The notes under the pieces are model-generated. The model had not been told where the DNA came from. It did not search any database and saw only the letters and a program-made list of their open reading frames with translations. A stretch of 53,081 bases of DNA, from contig CAZWQN010000001.1 of NCBI GenBank assembly GCA_964635895.1, positions 1-53,081 of the forward strand, read 5' to 3'. The DNA is from an uncultured Thermotogae bacterium (GTDB lineage Bacteria; Bipolaricaulota; Bipolaricaulia; UBA7950; UBA9294). Positions 30,759 to 39,990 of this stretch are shown here, piece by piece. The translations under genes and the position numbers were made by a program. The number at the start of each line of letters is the position of its first letter. The stretch's first letter is position 1.

Positions 30759-31412
30759 ATGCTGCGGCGTTTGGGCGTGCTACTGTGCGTAGTTGGGCTA
30801 CTGGCATTCGCTGTCGGTTGCGGGGGACCGTCCGAGAAGAGCTTCACGGAACTGTCCGGTCAAGTGGCGGCGCTGGCGAAGCAGATCACCGACCTTCAGG
30901 CGTCGACCGCGAGCCTCCAGACGAAGGTTGATCAAGCGACGCAGGCGACGACGGCCGTGAGGACGGAAGTGACGAATCAGGGATCGTCGGTGAAGCAGCT
31001 GACGACGAAGTTGTCGGCTCTCGAGACGGCGCTCCAGAATCACATGGATCCGCCGCTTATTGTCGAGGTCACGACCCTCACGTCGCCGGTCAAGGTCGGG
31101 GACAAGGTTGAGCTTGTCGCGAAGACGCGCGCCGGCACCCGCTGCGCGATCGCGATCACCTACCCCGCCGAGACCAAGATCAAGGCCCCGACACTCCGGG
31201 ATGCGGTCGCGGACAAGAACGGCAAGGTCGACTGGTCTTGGAAGGTCGACAAGAAACTGCCCGCCGGAACGTACACGGTGAAGATCACCGCCACCCTCGG
31301 CGGGAAGACGGCGACCCAGAACGCCACGTTCACGGTGACCGTTCCGCCCGCCGCGGTCAAGAAGACGACGGAAACAAAGACGGACACGAAGACGTCGAGC
31401 GGAAAGGGCTAG
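30759..31412 (+). CDS. Lipoprotein with a coiled-coil segment and an Ig-like beta domain (hypothetical)
   Basis: ATG 30759 with AAAAGGGAG RBS. Lipobox AVGC. Heptad-like Q/T/A-rich segment and Lys/Thr-rich tail. Confidence 0.75.
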   Translation: MLRRLGVLLCVVGLLAFAVGCGGPSEKSFTELSGQVAALAKQITDLQASTASLQTKVDQATQATTAVRTEVTNQGSSVKQLTTKLSALETALQNHMDPPLIVEVTTLTSPVKVGDKVELVAKTRAGTRCAIAITYPAETKIKAPTLRDAVADKNGKVDWSWKVDKKLPAGTYTVKITATLGGKTATQNATFTVTVPPAAVKKTTETKTDTKTSSGKG

Positions 31413-31441
31413 CGGGTCACGTTCATCTGGTAAACGGACCT

Positions 31442-31469
31442 CCGGGGACGCTGCCTCCAGCGTCCCCGG
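31442..31469 (+). terminator. Rho-independent terminator candidate
   Basis: Perfect 12-bp stem CCGGGGACGCTG / CAGCGTCCCCGG with loop CCTC, followed by the pyrimidine-rich ATCTCCTCTTCTTCC. Confidence 0.65.
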
Positions 31470-31554
31470 ATCTCCTCTTCTTCCCTCCCTACCCACTTCC
31501 CCGGCGGGGGCCCTCCTCTCCGGCCCCGGCAGGGCACGCCTCGGGCAGGTCGCG

Positions 31555-32394
31555 CTATCCCGGATCTAAGCGCATCTTCCCAGCGCCGCGGCGGCTGTGG
31601 TACGTGTCGAAGTCGTCGCTCGTCTCGTGGAAAGCGATGACGATGTCGTAGGTATTTCCCGGCAGGAGCGGCTTGTCCATCCGGTCCCCGGAGTTGAGCG
31701 CGATCATGAACTCCACGTACGTCTGTCCCTCCATCTCGCGACCTGCGGCGGCCAGGATGTCGTCGGTGCCTCCGAGACTCACGTCCGCCGCGTGAGTCAG
31801 GGCTCCGTTCCCGTAGTCGTCACGCGTCCAAAGCTGGCCGTCCCGCACCGCCGCCAACACGAAGTTCGCTCCCTGCATCCGATCGTCCGGATCGAACCCG
31901 ACCGCGACGTACCCAGCCCCGGGGCTGAGCACCCCCACGCGCAGGAACGAGGCGTCGTTCCACCAGTGGATCTCGAACCCGCCCGCCTCGGTGCTGTGGG
32001 CGTACTCGCCCGCATAGATCACTCCGTCGACCGCAATCACCGGCGGCCCACCCGGGTTGGGTAGGGGCTGCAACTCCGTCGGCTCCACGACTTGGACGAA
32101 CGACGAGGCGGGCGCGGGCTGCGGTGAAGCAGCCTGCGGCTGGGTCGTGGTCGCCGCTGCCGCCGGGCTGGCCGACGTCGAGGACACGGGTTTCGTCGTG
32201 GTCGCGGCGGTCGCGACCTGCGCTGACGTCGTCGCGTAAGGAGGTGATATCGTCTGCGAATGTGCTGCATGCGTCGCCGGCACTTCGGCAACGCCGTCGC
32301 CCCCGGACGACGCGAGCGCTACCACCAGCGCGATGATCCCCGCTGCAACAAGAATCCCAATCAGGATAAGGGTTTCCTTATTGATGACCACCAT
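31555..32394 (-). CDS. Membrane-anchored DOMON-like domain protein, paralog 2
   Basis: ATG with GAAGGAGG RBS. N-terminal TM helix, Thr/Ala/Pro/Ser linker. The C-terminal domain is collinear with CDS 28129-28839. Confidence 0.8.
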   Translation of the reverse strand: MVVINKETLILIGILVAAGIIALVVALASSGGDGVAEVPATHAAHSQTISPPYATTSAQVATAATTTKPVSSTSASPAAAATTTQPQAASPQPAPASSFVQVVEPTELQPLPNPGGPPVIAVDGVIYAGEYAHSTEAGGFEIHWWNDASFLRVGVLSPGAGYVAVGFDPDDRMQGANFVLAAVRDGQLWTRDDYGNGALTHAADVSLGGTDDILAAAGREMEGQTYVEFMIALNSGDRMDKPLLPGNTYDIVIAFHETSDDFDTYHSRRGAGKMRLDPG

Positions 32395-32552
32395 GGGGCC
32401 GCCTCCTTCTCAAGCCGTCCACGAGATCCACTCTAGGTCATGGGAGCCGCTCGAGGCAACACGCCCGGAAGAGAGGGCAACCGGAGCCGCCCCGGACTCA
32501 CCGGAATGGACGCGTCGGAGTGGAAGGTCTACGCTGGCTCCGGTGGTCTACT

Positions 32553-33641
32553 ATGAGGCATCTCGGTGCGGTCCTCGCTGCGGCTGCCCTCCTGGTCCTA
32601 TGTTGTGCGGTCGATTCGTCGACGGCTGAGCCCGCACAGCTTCCGACCGGCTCCTCGATCCGAGAGGCGGTCGCCGGCGCCGCGCCGTTCACCGTCATTG
32701 AACTCGGTGCGGGGATCTTCCACGAGTCGCTCGTCATCGATCGGTCCGTGACTCTGCGCGGAGCCGCCGAGGGGACGACGATCGAGGGTACGGCGTCCGG
32801 GCCGGCAGTCCGGATCTCCGGGACAGACCTCCGCGTTCGCCTTGAGAACCTGACGATCGCAGGCGGACGCGGGTGGAACGGGCACGGGATCCAGATTGAG
32901 GGGTCTCCGTCCGTCCATCTCGACGCGGTGACATCGACGCGGAACGCGTGGTGCGGTCTGTGGGTCACCGACAAGAGCGTCGTCACGCTCAGTCGTTGCC
33001 GCCTGGTGGAGAACGGCACGCACGGGCTGTACACATGGGACTTCGCCCGCATCGAGGCGCAGGAGTGCGAGATCTCCAGGAACTGCACGCACGCCGTCCT
33101 CGCGTTCCACCTCTCCGAGCTCTGGCTCCGCGACTGCGTAGTCTCCGCAAACCTGTCCGGCGTCTGCGTCTGGGACGGCGTGCGCTTCCACGCGTCCAGC
33201 ACGGCTGTCACCGACAACGCGCTGTGCGGTCTCGTCGCACAGAACGGATCCTGGCTCGACCTGTCCGGGTGCGAGGTGGCCCAGAACGGCAAGAACGGGC
33301 TGTGGTTCACGGACTCCGGTCGTGGATCCCTGTCGGGCTGCGCCATCCGTGCCAACGGCGACGACGGCGTGTTCATCGAGCGCGACGGGATTGCCGACTT
33401 CGTCCAGTGCGTCGTCAACGACAACGCCGGATTCGGCATCCGAGCCTCTGTGCCGTCGTGCACCGGCGGGTTCGTGTCCGGGGAGCCGTACAAGGGCTGG
33501 ATCGAGGGGACGGCTAACGTCGTTCCCGGCTCGAGCGAGCCTAGCGGGAATCGCCTTGGGGGTCTCTGCCCGAGCTATCCAGGTTCGATTTGGCCACCGG
33601 GGTTCCTCTCGACGCCCCAGGGAGGGGGCGACGGTCCGTAG
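32553..33641 (+). CDS. Secreted right-handed parallel beta-helix repeat protein
   Basis: Signal peptide MRHLGAVLAAAALLVLCCA. Repeated ~22-aa units (N.L.I.GG...G..I, ...C.L..NG..G, ...C.I..N...). Alternative GTG start at 32520. Confidence 0.78.
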   Translation: MRHLGAVLAAAALLVLCCAVDSSTAEPAQLPTGSSIREAVAGAAPFTVIELGAGIFHESLVIDRSVTLRGAAEGTTIEGTASGPAVRISGTDLRVRLENLTIAGGRGWNGHGIQIEGSPSVHLDAVTSTRNAWCGLWVTDKSVVTLSRCRLVENGTHGLYTWDFARIEAQECEISRNCTHAVLAFHLSELWLRDCVVSANLSGVCVWDGVRFHASSTAVTDNALCGLVAQNGSWLDLSGCEVAQNGKNGLWFTDSGRGSLSGCAIRANGDDGVFIERDGIADFVQCVVNDNAGFGIRASVPSCTGGFVSGEPYKGWIEGTANVVPGSSEPSGNRLGGLCPSYPGSIWPPGFLSTPQGGGDGP

Positions 33642-33671
33642 TCGTCACACGGGGACATTCGATGAACCTAG

Positions 33672-33975
33672 CGGGTTCGGTGAGTTCGTTGAGTTCGTCG
33701 GGTTCACTGAGTTCGGCGGGCGATCGGAAGCTGAGATCGTAGGGCAACCGGAAACTCGTCCCGGAACCCTACGAACTCAACGAGCCCAACGAACATCTGT
33801 CTCGCCCGTCGTCCGATCGAGCCCTACGGACTCAACGAACAGCTGCCTCGCTCATCGTTCGATCGAACACTACGAACAGCGGCGCCGCCCGCTCCGCGCG
33901 GTCAACCCAACGAGCCCAACGAGCTCTATGAACTCTATGGACTCTTCGAACCCGACGAACCCGCGCCTCGCCCGT
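33672..33975. repeat. Non-coding region of degenerate direct and inverted short repeats
   Basis: GAGTTCG x3 (33682-33715). Its complement lies within CCCTACGAACTCAACGAG (33767-33784) and CCCTACGGACTCAACGAAC (33822-33840). Exact 15-mer CAACGAGCCCAACGA at 33778-33792 and 33908-33922. Perfect 13-nt inverted repeat GTTCGTCGGGTTC (33693-33705) / GAACCCGACGAAC (33948-33960). Confidence 0.8.
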
Positions 33976-35370
33976 TTACGGTGTCGGCGACGCGATGTCG
34001 ATCTTCCCCATTCCTGCGCTGAGCGTGATCTGGGCCGCGCCGGCTCCGAGCACGGCGTCGAGCGTGCGTGAGATGACGCCGCGCGGCGTTCCGACCGTCT
34101 CCGAGAACCCGCCGATCGTGAGCTCGCCCATTCCGACCGACGCGGCGATCGTCGCAGAGGCGTCCGGGAGCAGGGTCAACGCGATCTCGCCCATCCCGAT
34201 GTGGGCTGTGAGGAGGCTCGCCTGCGGGTAGGTGACCACCAGCGCGCCGACGCCGGCGCTGACCGACAAGGTCGTGGCCTGCGTTCCCGTGACCACGACC
34301 GCCCCAGCCCCGAGCGAGATCGAGATCTCCGTCCCGGCGTAGGGAGCGAGTTCGATCCGCCCCGACCCTCCCACGATGTCGAGGTCCATTCCCGTCGGGA
34401 CGAGGATCGCGTAGTCGACGCTTCCCCCTTTCCCGACGGTGCGCATCAAGATGCTCGTCGCGGTCGGCGCTACCTCGACGTCAAGGTCGGCGAGTCCCTG
34501 CGGCCGTGACGCCCGTCGGACGGCCTCCCACTCGATCGTGCGGTGAGACGACGTCTGGGACGTTCCCGCGGGGGACGACGCGATCTGGATCGTGCCCATC
34601 CCGCCTTCGATCGACAGCTTCGTGGCACTTCCGACGTCGATGGATCCGCTGCTCGTCGCCGTCCTCGCCGCGTCGCGCTCTTCGCTCCCTCCGCCGATTC
34701 CCCCGAAGACGAGCGAGATGCCGACGAACACCCCCGAGAGGTCGAGCGACGGCGCTGGGACCCCAATCGCGTACCCGAAGTCGACGCCGACCACGGGGAG
34801 GAGATAGCCGATTCGGACCTCCACTCCCAGGAAGCTCAGGATCTGAGCCTCCATGCTGACGTACGGGAGGACGAAGCCGTACGCGCGGCCGATCGTGCGC
34901 TCCTCCGTCGGCACGGGAGTGATGCCGTGCGGGCCGGCAAGCGGCTCAACGGCCGGGTACACCAGCGTCAGGACCGTCGCGCCTCCCCCGAGCACCGCTC
35001 CGAGCGTGAGAACCGATCGCTCGTCGCCGCCAACGGCGTACCCGATGTCGAACCCGCCCGCGCCGACTACGAGCTCGGCGACGCGGTCGGCTTCCTCAGG
35101 CGTCGTCGCAACCATGCCGAATCCCATGCCCCCGACGGCCATCCCGCCAATTACGCCGCCTCGGCCGCCCCCTCCGCCGCCGAGGAGGAAGCTTCCCAGC
35201 GGATCCATCCCGTTCTCTGACAGGTACGCATTGACCCCGGCGAGATCCGGGAAGAACGCCATCGCGCCGCTGCCCCCAAAGCCAAACCCAAGCGTCGCCG
35301 CCGCGCCCGCGAACGAGGCACTCGACACAGCCAACGCCACGAGAACCCAACCTGAGAACTGCCTTCGCAT
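33976..35370 (-). CDS. Secreted protein with a Gly-rich beta-barrel-like N-terminal half and a DUF4097-like (putative adhesin) C-terminal half
   Basis: RBS GAGGAGGGG. Signal peptide. The C-terminal half has repeated short beta units (GSG.IEL, GAG.VVV, GMGEI.L, GMGKIDI). Confidence 0.72.
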   Translation of the reverse strand: MRRQFSGWVLVALAVSSASFAGAAATLGFGFGGSGAMAFFPDLAGVNAYLSENGMDPLGSFLLGGGGGGRGGVIGGMAVGGMGFGMVATTPEEADRVAELVVGAGGFDIGYAVGGDERSVLTLGAVLGGGATVLTLVYPAVEPLAGPHGITPVPTEERTIGRAYGFVLPYVSMEAQILSFLGVEVRIGYLLPVVGVDFGYAIGVPAPSLDLSGVFVGISLVFGGIGGGSEERDAARTATSSGSIDVGSATKLSIEGGMGTIQIASSPAGTSQTSSHRTIEWEAVRRASRPQGLADLDVEVAPTATSILMRTVGKGGSVDYAILVPTGMDLDIVGGSGRIELAPYAGTEISISLGAGAVVVTGTQATTLSVSAGVGALVVTYPQASLLTAHIGMGEIALTLLPDASATIAASVGMGELTIGGFSETVGTPRGVISRTLDAVLGAGAAQITLSAGMGKIDIASPTP

Positions 35371-35466
35371 GGACCCCTCCTCGCGCGGTCGCCCATGATA
35401 CGGACCGCGGGACCTTCGACTGATCCTAGCTCGTTAGAGGTTGGTCGGCGAATTCGCCTTGAAGGT

Positions 35467-37428
35467 TCAGACGGGCGAGGGGTTGTTGGTCCTGTGGTCG
35501 TACCGCTTCCAGCCGTTGCGGCCGCGGTTCTTGACGTTGTACATCGCCGCGTCGGCCCGCTGCAGGAGTCGCGTTCCGTCGTCCCCGTCGTCGGGGTAGA
35601 GGGCGATGCCGATGCTGACCGACAGGCCGCGCGCGAGCTCCGCCGCGTGGAACGCGTCGCGAAGCGTCCCGAGGATCTTCCCCGCGGCAAGCTCCGCGTC
35701 GCGCGGCGAGTCGATCCCCGGCAGGAGAGCGACGAACTCGTCTCCGCCCAGGCGCGCCACCGTGTCGCTCGCCCGCAGCGCCTCGCGGAGACGGGCCGCC
35801 ACCTCTCGCAACACGCGATCGCCGGCCTCGTGTCCGTGGATGTCGTTGACTTGCTTGAAGCGATCGAGGTCAAGGTAGAACACGGCCAGGCGCTCCAGGT
35901 TTCTCTTCGCGCGAGCGATCTCGAGGGTCAGCACGTCGTTGAGCGCGCTCCGCGTCAAGAGTCCCGTCAGCGGGTCGTGGCTCGCGAGGAACGTCAGCTC
36001 CTCCTGCTGACGCAGAAGCTCGGTGACGTCACGGATGATCCCCTGGTACACCCGCTCCTCCGTCCCGGGCAGCTTCTCGGTGATGGTCGTCAGGAGGCAG
36101 CGCACGAGCGCGCCGTTCTTCTTGCGGAGAGTCACCGGGTAGCTCGTGACGAACCCCTTCGCCGCGATGGCCTCGCGAAAGGCGTCTCGATCCTCAGAGC
36201 GCGCGTACAGCTCCCCCGCCGTCTTCGCCATGATCTCGTCCCTCGAGTACCCGAACAGCTCAACGAGCGCCGGGTTCACGTCCACGAAGTGCCCGTCCTC
36301 CGCCGTGATGTAGATCGGATCGCGCGACGAGTCAAACAGGTTGTGATATCGCCGCTCACTCTGCGCGAGCGCCGTGTTGGACTCGTCAATCGCCGCAAGC
36401 ATGCCGTTGATGTTCGTGACCAGCCCCCCGAGCTCGTCCTTCCCCTCCTCGCCCACGCGCGACGACGGATCCTTGTCGCGAGCGATTTGCGCCACCCTGT
36501 GTGTAATCTTCGCCATTCGTCTCAGCACGCGTCGGTCGGTGAAGAGCAGGAACCCACCGGCCAAGAGGGCAAACGTGCCAAGAGCGGCGTTCGTCAGAGC
36601 CGCCAGCGTCCTCATGCCCGCCATGTACGTGATGCGCGGCATGTTGATCGCGAGAACCGCGATCGGCGTCCCGTGCAGGTCACGCCAGAGGGAGTACGCC
36701 GCCACGACTTCCTCACTCACCGGCACGACGGCGGTGGGCATCTGCGTGGCATCGTCGCCCGTCAGAGCCGCCACAACGCCCGGGTCGCTTCTTGGATCGT
36801 CCATCATGCGGAAGACGAGCGGAAGGATGACCTTGGCGGACAACCGCAGAACCTCCGCCGCAGTGAGAGTTCGCACAAGCACGAGAGTGCCCCGCGCCGG
36901 AGGCTTGTGGGTGCTGGCCAGGATCGGGTGGATGGCGACAAGTGCCAGGGATCCGTCGATCAAGAGTAATCCCGTGCGGCCGGCGGTGTCGGCGGGCAAA
37001 GGCGTCGTCGGAACAATCGTGCGCAAGGCTCCCATCATGTCTGCGGACGTCGCCGTCGACACCCCCTCTTCCAGGTCGAACGCCCTCGCATCCACGAGGC
37101 GCCCCGAGCCGTCGTAGAGCGCCATCAGGTTCAGCCGCAGGTTGGCGAACGTTTCGGCCGTGAGGTTGTCCTCGATGAACCTGGGGTTCTTCCCCTGAAC
37201 GAACTCAAAGGTGTCATCCCACGCCGCCCAGTCGTGAGACGCCGTCTCCATACCGGCGAGCTCCGTGCTGACCGCGTTGCGCGCCGTGTCCAGGTTGCGG
37301 CGCACGTCCATCCGTTCCATCTCGAGGAACTGGTTCCGCAAGTACAGGGTCCCCACGCTGATGAAGAGCGCCACGGCGATCGCCGCGACAACCGCAAGCC
37401 CCACAAGCACCTGGGTGCGTAGCCGCAT
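35467..37428 (-). CDS. Sensor diguanylate cyclase (CHASE4-like periplasmic domain, HAMP, PAS, GGDEF)
   Basis: N-terminal TM helix, periplasmic segment with the W..WDDT..F motif, second TM helix, PAS (SERRYHNLFDSSRDPIY), GGDEF active site RLGGDEFVALL. Confidence 0.9.
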   Translation of the reverse strand: MRLRTQVLVGLAVVAAIAVALFISVGTLYLRNQFLEMERMDVRRNLDTARNAVSTELAGMETASHDWAAWDDTFEFVQGKNPRFIEDNLTAETFANLRLNLMALYDGSGRLVDARAFDLEEGVSTATSADMMGALRTIVPTTPLPADTAGRTGLLLIDGSLALVAIHPILASTHKPPARGTLVLVRTLTAAEVLRLSAKVILPLVFRMMDDPRSDPGVVAALTGDDATQMPTAVVPVSEEVVAAYSLWRDLHGTPIAVLAINMPRITYMAGMRTLAALTNAALGTFALLAGGFLLFTDRRVLRRMAKITHRVAQIARDKDPSSRVGEEGKDELGGLVTNINGMLAAIDESNTALAQSERRYHNLFDSSRDPIYITAEDGHFVDVNPALVELFGYSRDEIMAKTAGELYARSEDRDAFREAIAAKGFVTSYPVTLRKKNGALVRCLLTTITEKLPGTEERVYQGIIRDVTELLRQQEELTFLASHDPLTGLLTRSALNDVLTLEIARAKRNLERLAVFYLDLDRFKQVNDIHGHEAGDRVLREVAARLREALRASDTVARLGGDEFVALLPGIDSPRDAELAAGKILGTLRDAFHAAELARGLSVSIGIALYPDDGDDGTRLLQRADAAMYNVKNRGRNGWKRYDHRTNNPSPV

Positions 37429-37606
37429 CGAACCCCCATTCGAAGCCGTCTTCTCGCGCCTCTTCTGCGATGCTTCGATACTGCCTCATTCAGGAGCATG
37501 TCCAGACGACCCCACCCGGTTCCGAGCCCGCAAGTCCAGGGCAGGACGACCGAACGGCCCCCCGCAAAGCCGGTCGTGGGCGCGAGGGCGCTCGTCCGAG
37601 CCGCCT

Positions 37607-38008
37607 CTACGAAACGCGATGCACGTGCTGGCCTTCCTCCCAGTTCTCCCGCCAGGCGATCGTCTCCGGCACGATCCTGAGGAGGCCGTACGGCTTCGAC
37701 TCCGGTCCCTCCGGGAAGTACCCCGCGAGATCGTAGGACGCCTTGCCCCACACGCGTCGCTTCGTGTCCTTATCTTCGACAAGAGCAGCCCGTCCACGCA
37801 CGGTCGCACCCTGGTCGCCATCGGGAAGAGAGGCGAAGTGCAGACACACGTTCGGGTTCTTGCGGATCTCCTTCACCTTGTCCGCGTTCGCGAACGTCAC
37901 GATCCACATAGATAGGTCGTCTTCGACAATGGGAGATACGGAACGGATGACCGGCGCGTCTCCGCGCATGCGCTGAAGTACAATCCCCGTCCCCGGTGGT
38001 TGTACCAC
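37607..38008 (-). CDS. Pyridoxamine 5'-phosphate oxidase family protein (general stress protein 26-like)
   Basis: Motifs W.VT....DKVKEIRKNPNV.L.F and R..G.A.LVED. GTG start 38008 (alternative ATG 37969). Short N-terminus relative to typical members. Confidence 0.7.
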   Translation of the reverse strand: MVQPPGTGIVLQRMRGDAPVIRSVSPIVEDDLSMWIVTFANADKVKEIRKNPNVCLHFASLPDGDQGATVRGRAALVEDKDTKRRVWGKASYDLAGYFPEGPESKPYGLLRIVPETIAWRENWEEGQHVHRVS

Positions 38009-38040
38009 CGGGTTCCGACGGGCTGATCAAGGGGGGCGGA

Positions 38041-39813
38041 GTGAAATCCCTGCGCGCGGTGCTCCATCACGTGAAGCGGTACCGACTTCCGCTCACGCTG
38101 GCCATGCTGAGCATGCTCGCCCTCGTGGCGATCCAACTCGTGGGCCCGTGGCTTGTGCGGATGATGGTCGCCGCCGTCACCTCCCCGGGAGCCGGCCCGG
38201 AGGCCCTCGCCCTCGTCGCCCGCCTCGCGCTCGCGACCCTCGCGATCTACGTCGTCCGCTCTGTGATGCAGTTCGCCCGCAGCTACGCGGCCCACGTCGC
38301 CGGGTGGCATGTCGTCGCCGACGTCCGCGACGAGGTCTATCGACACCTTCAGCAGCTGTCCCTCCGCTTCTACGAGAGCCGACAGACCGGGCAGCTCATG
38401 TCCCGCACGGTGAACGACTCCGAGCTGCTCGAGCAGCTGGTCGCGCACGCGATCCCCGACCTCATTATCAACATCCTGCTCCTCTTCGGCGTCGTCGCCG
38501 TGCTGATGAGCATGAGCTGGCAGCTCGCTCTGCTCAGCATGATCCCGATCCCGCTCGTCGTCCTCGCCATGCGTGGGTTCTCGCGCTACGTGCGCCCGGC
38601 GTTCCGACGCCGCCAGGTCGAGCTCGGCGAGCTGAATGCGGCGTTGAACGACAACATCTCCGGGATCCGCGAGATCCAGGCGTTCACGCGTGAAGACACC
38701 GAGGGCGAACGCATCTGGGGCCGCATCGTCCGCTACCGCGACTCCCTCCTGCACGCGCTGCGGCTGATGGCCGTGTTCCACCCCGCGATCGAGTTCTCTG
38801 CGTCGCTCGGGACCGTGATCCTCATCTACTTCGGCGGGAAGCTCGTTCTCAACCAGACCCTTCCCGTCGCCGACCTCGTCGCCTACTTCCTCTACCTCGA
38901 ACTCCTCTACCAGCCGGTGCGGGCGCTCTCCGGGGTGTGGGAGTCGATCCAGCAGTCCGCGGCGGGCGCGGACCGCATCGCCGAGTTGCTCGAGCAGGAG
39001 CCCGACGTCGCCGAGCGTTCGGGCGCGGTCGCTCTTGCGGGGCGGGCGCGCGGCGCCCTTCGCTTCGAGAACGTCAGCTTCCGCTACAGCGTCGGCGACA
39101 TGGTGCTCGAGAACATCAACCTCGACGTCCCGCCGGGCTCCGTCGTCGCCCTCGTCGGTCCGACCGGCGTCGGGAAGACGACCCTGTCGATGCTCATTCC
39201 GCGCTTCTACGACGTCACCGAGGGGGCGATCACCCTCGACGGCCACGACGTCCGTGACCTGACGCTCGACAGCCTGCGGCAGCAGACGAGCCTCGTGCTG
39301 CAGGAGGTGTTCCTGTTCCACGGTAGCGTGCGTGAAAACATCCTCTTCGGCCGCCCCGGGGCCACGGATGAAGACATGATGGACGCCGCCCGGGTGGCGA
39401 ACGCCCACGAGTTCATCACCGAGCTGTCCGACGGCTACGACACCATGATCGGCGAGCGCGGCGTCAAGCTCTCCGGCGGGCAGCGCCAGCGCCTCGCCAT
39501 CGCCCGCGCCGTCCTCAGGGACGCGCCCATCCTCATCCTCGACGAGGCGACCTCGTCCGTCGACACCGAGACCGAGTTCTTGATCCAGCAAGCGCTCGAG
39601 CGCCTCATGCGCGGCCGCACCACCGTCGTCATCGCTCACCGCCTCTCCACCGTCCGCCAGGCCGACAAGATCGTCGTCCTCCAGGAAGGGCGGATCGTCG
39701 AGGAGGGAACCCACGCCGAGCTCATGGCCCACGACGGCCTGTATTGCCGCCTGAACGAAGTTCAGACCCAGAACGGCATCTGGCGCGCCTCGCCCCGCGA
39801 AGAGGGCCCGTAG
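38041..39813 (+). CDS. ABC exporter, fused permease/ATPase (MsbA/multidrug type)
   Basis: Six TM helices, then Walker A GPTGVGKTT, signature LSGGQRQR, Walker B ILILDEATS. GTG 38041 with AAGGGGGG RBS (the ORF also has an ATG at 37996). Confidence 0.92.
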   Translation: MKSLRAVLHHVKRYRLPLTLAMLSMLALVAIQLVGPWLVRMMVAAVTSPGAGPEALALVARLALATLAIYVVRSVMQFARSYAAHVAGWHVVADVRDEVYRHLQQLSLRFYESRQTGQLMSRTVNDSELLEQLVAHAIPDLIINILLLFGVVAVLMSMSWQLALLSMIPIPLVVLAMRGFSRYVRPAFRRRQVELGELNAALNDNISGIREIQAFTREDTEGERIWGRIVRYRDSLLHALRLMAVFHPAIEFSASLGTVILIYFGGKLVLNQTLPVADLVAYFLYLELLYQPVRALSGVWESIQQSAAGADRIAELLEQEPDVAERSGAVALAGRARGALRFENVSFRYSVGDMVLENINLDVPPGSVVALVGPTGVGKTTLSMLIPRFYDVTEGAITLDGHDVRDLTLDSLRQQTSLVLQEVFLFHGSVRENILFGRPGATDEDMMDAARVANAHEFITELSDGYDTMIGERGVKLSGGQRQRLAIARAVLRDAPILILDEATSSVDTETEFLIQQALERLMRGRTTVVIAHRLSTVRQADKIVVLQEGRIVEEGTHAELMAHDGLYCRLNEVQTQNGIWRASPREEGP

Positions 39814-39836
39814 CCGCGGGTGCGCCGCCCGGCAGA

Positions 39837-39861
39837 GAAACCGGGACACAAACCCTATTTC
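39837..39861 (+). repeat. REP copy (imperfect palindrome GAAACCGGGACACAAACCCTATTTC)
   Basis: Read directly. Can form a ~9-bp stem with loop ACACAAA. Confidence 0.85.
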
Positions 39862-39893
39862 TCCCGAGTCTGCGGCCACCCGAGTCGGAGCAA

Positions 39894-39918
39894 GAAACCG
39901 GGACACAAACCCTGTTTC
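39894..39918 (+). repeat. REP copy (GAAACCGGGACACAAACCCTGTTTC)
   Basis: Differs at 1 nt from the copy at 39837. The period is 57 bp. Confidence 0.85.
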
Positions 39919-39990
39919 GCGCGAGCCCCGGCTGCCGGAATGGAAATGCGACGAGCCCCACATCTCCTTACCTTTATGCTATGATCGTGC

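Noticed and set aside
37897-39963. 688-aa ORF on the - strand
   Set aside because: It is antisense to the ABC exporter, which has clear Walker A/B and signature motifs. The composition is biased and it also reads through the REP copies.
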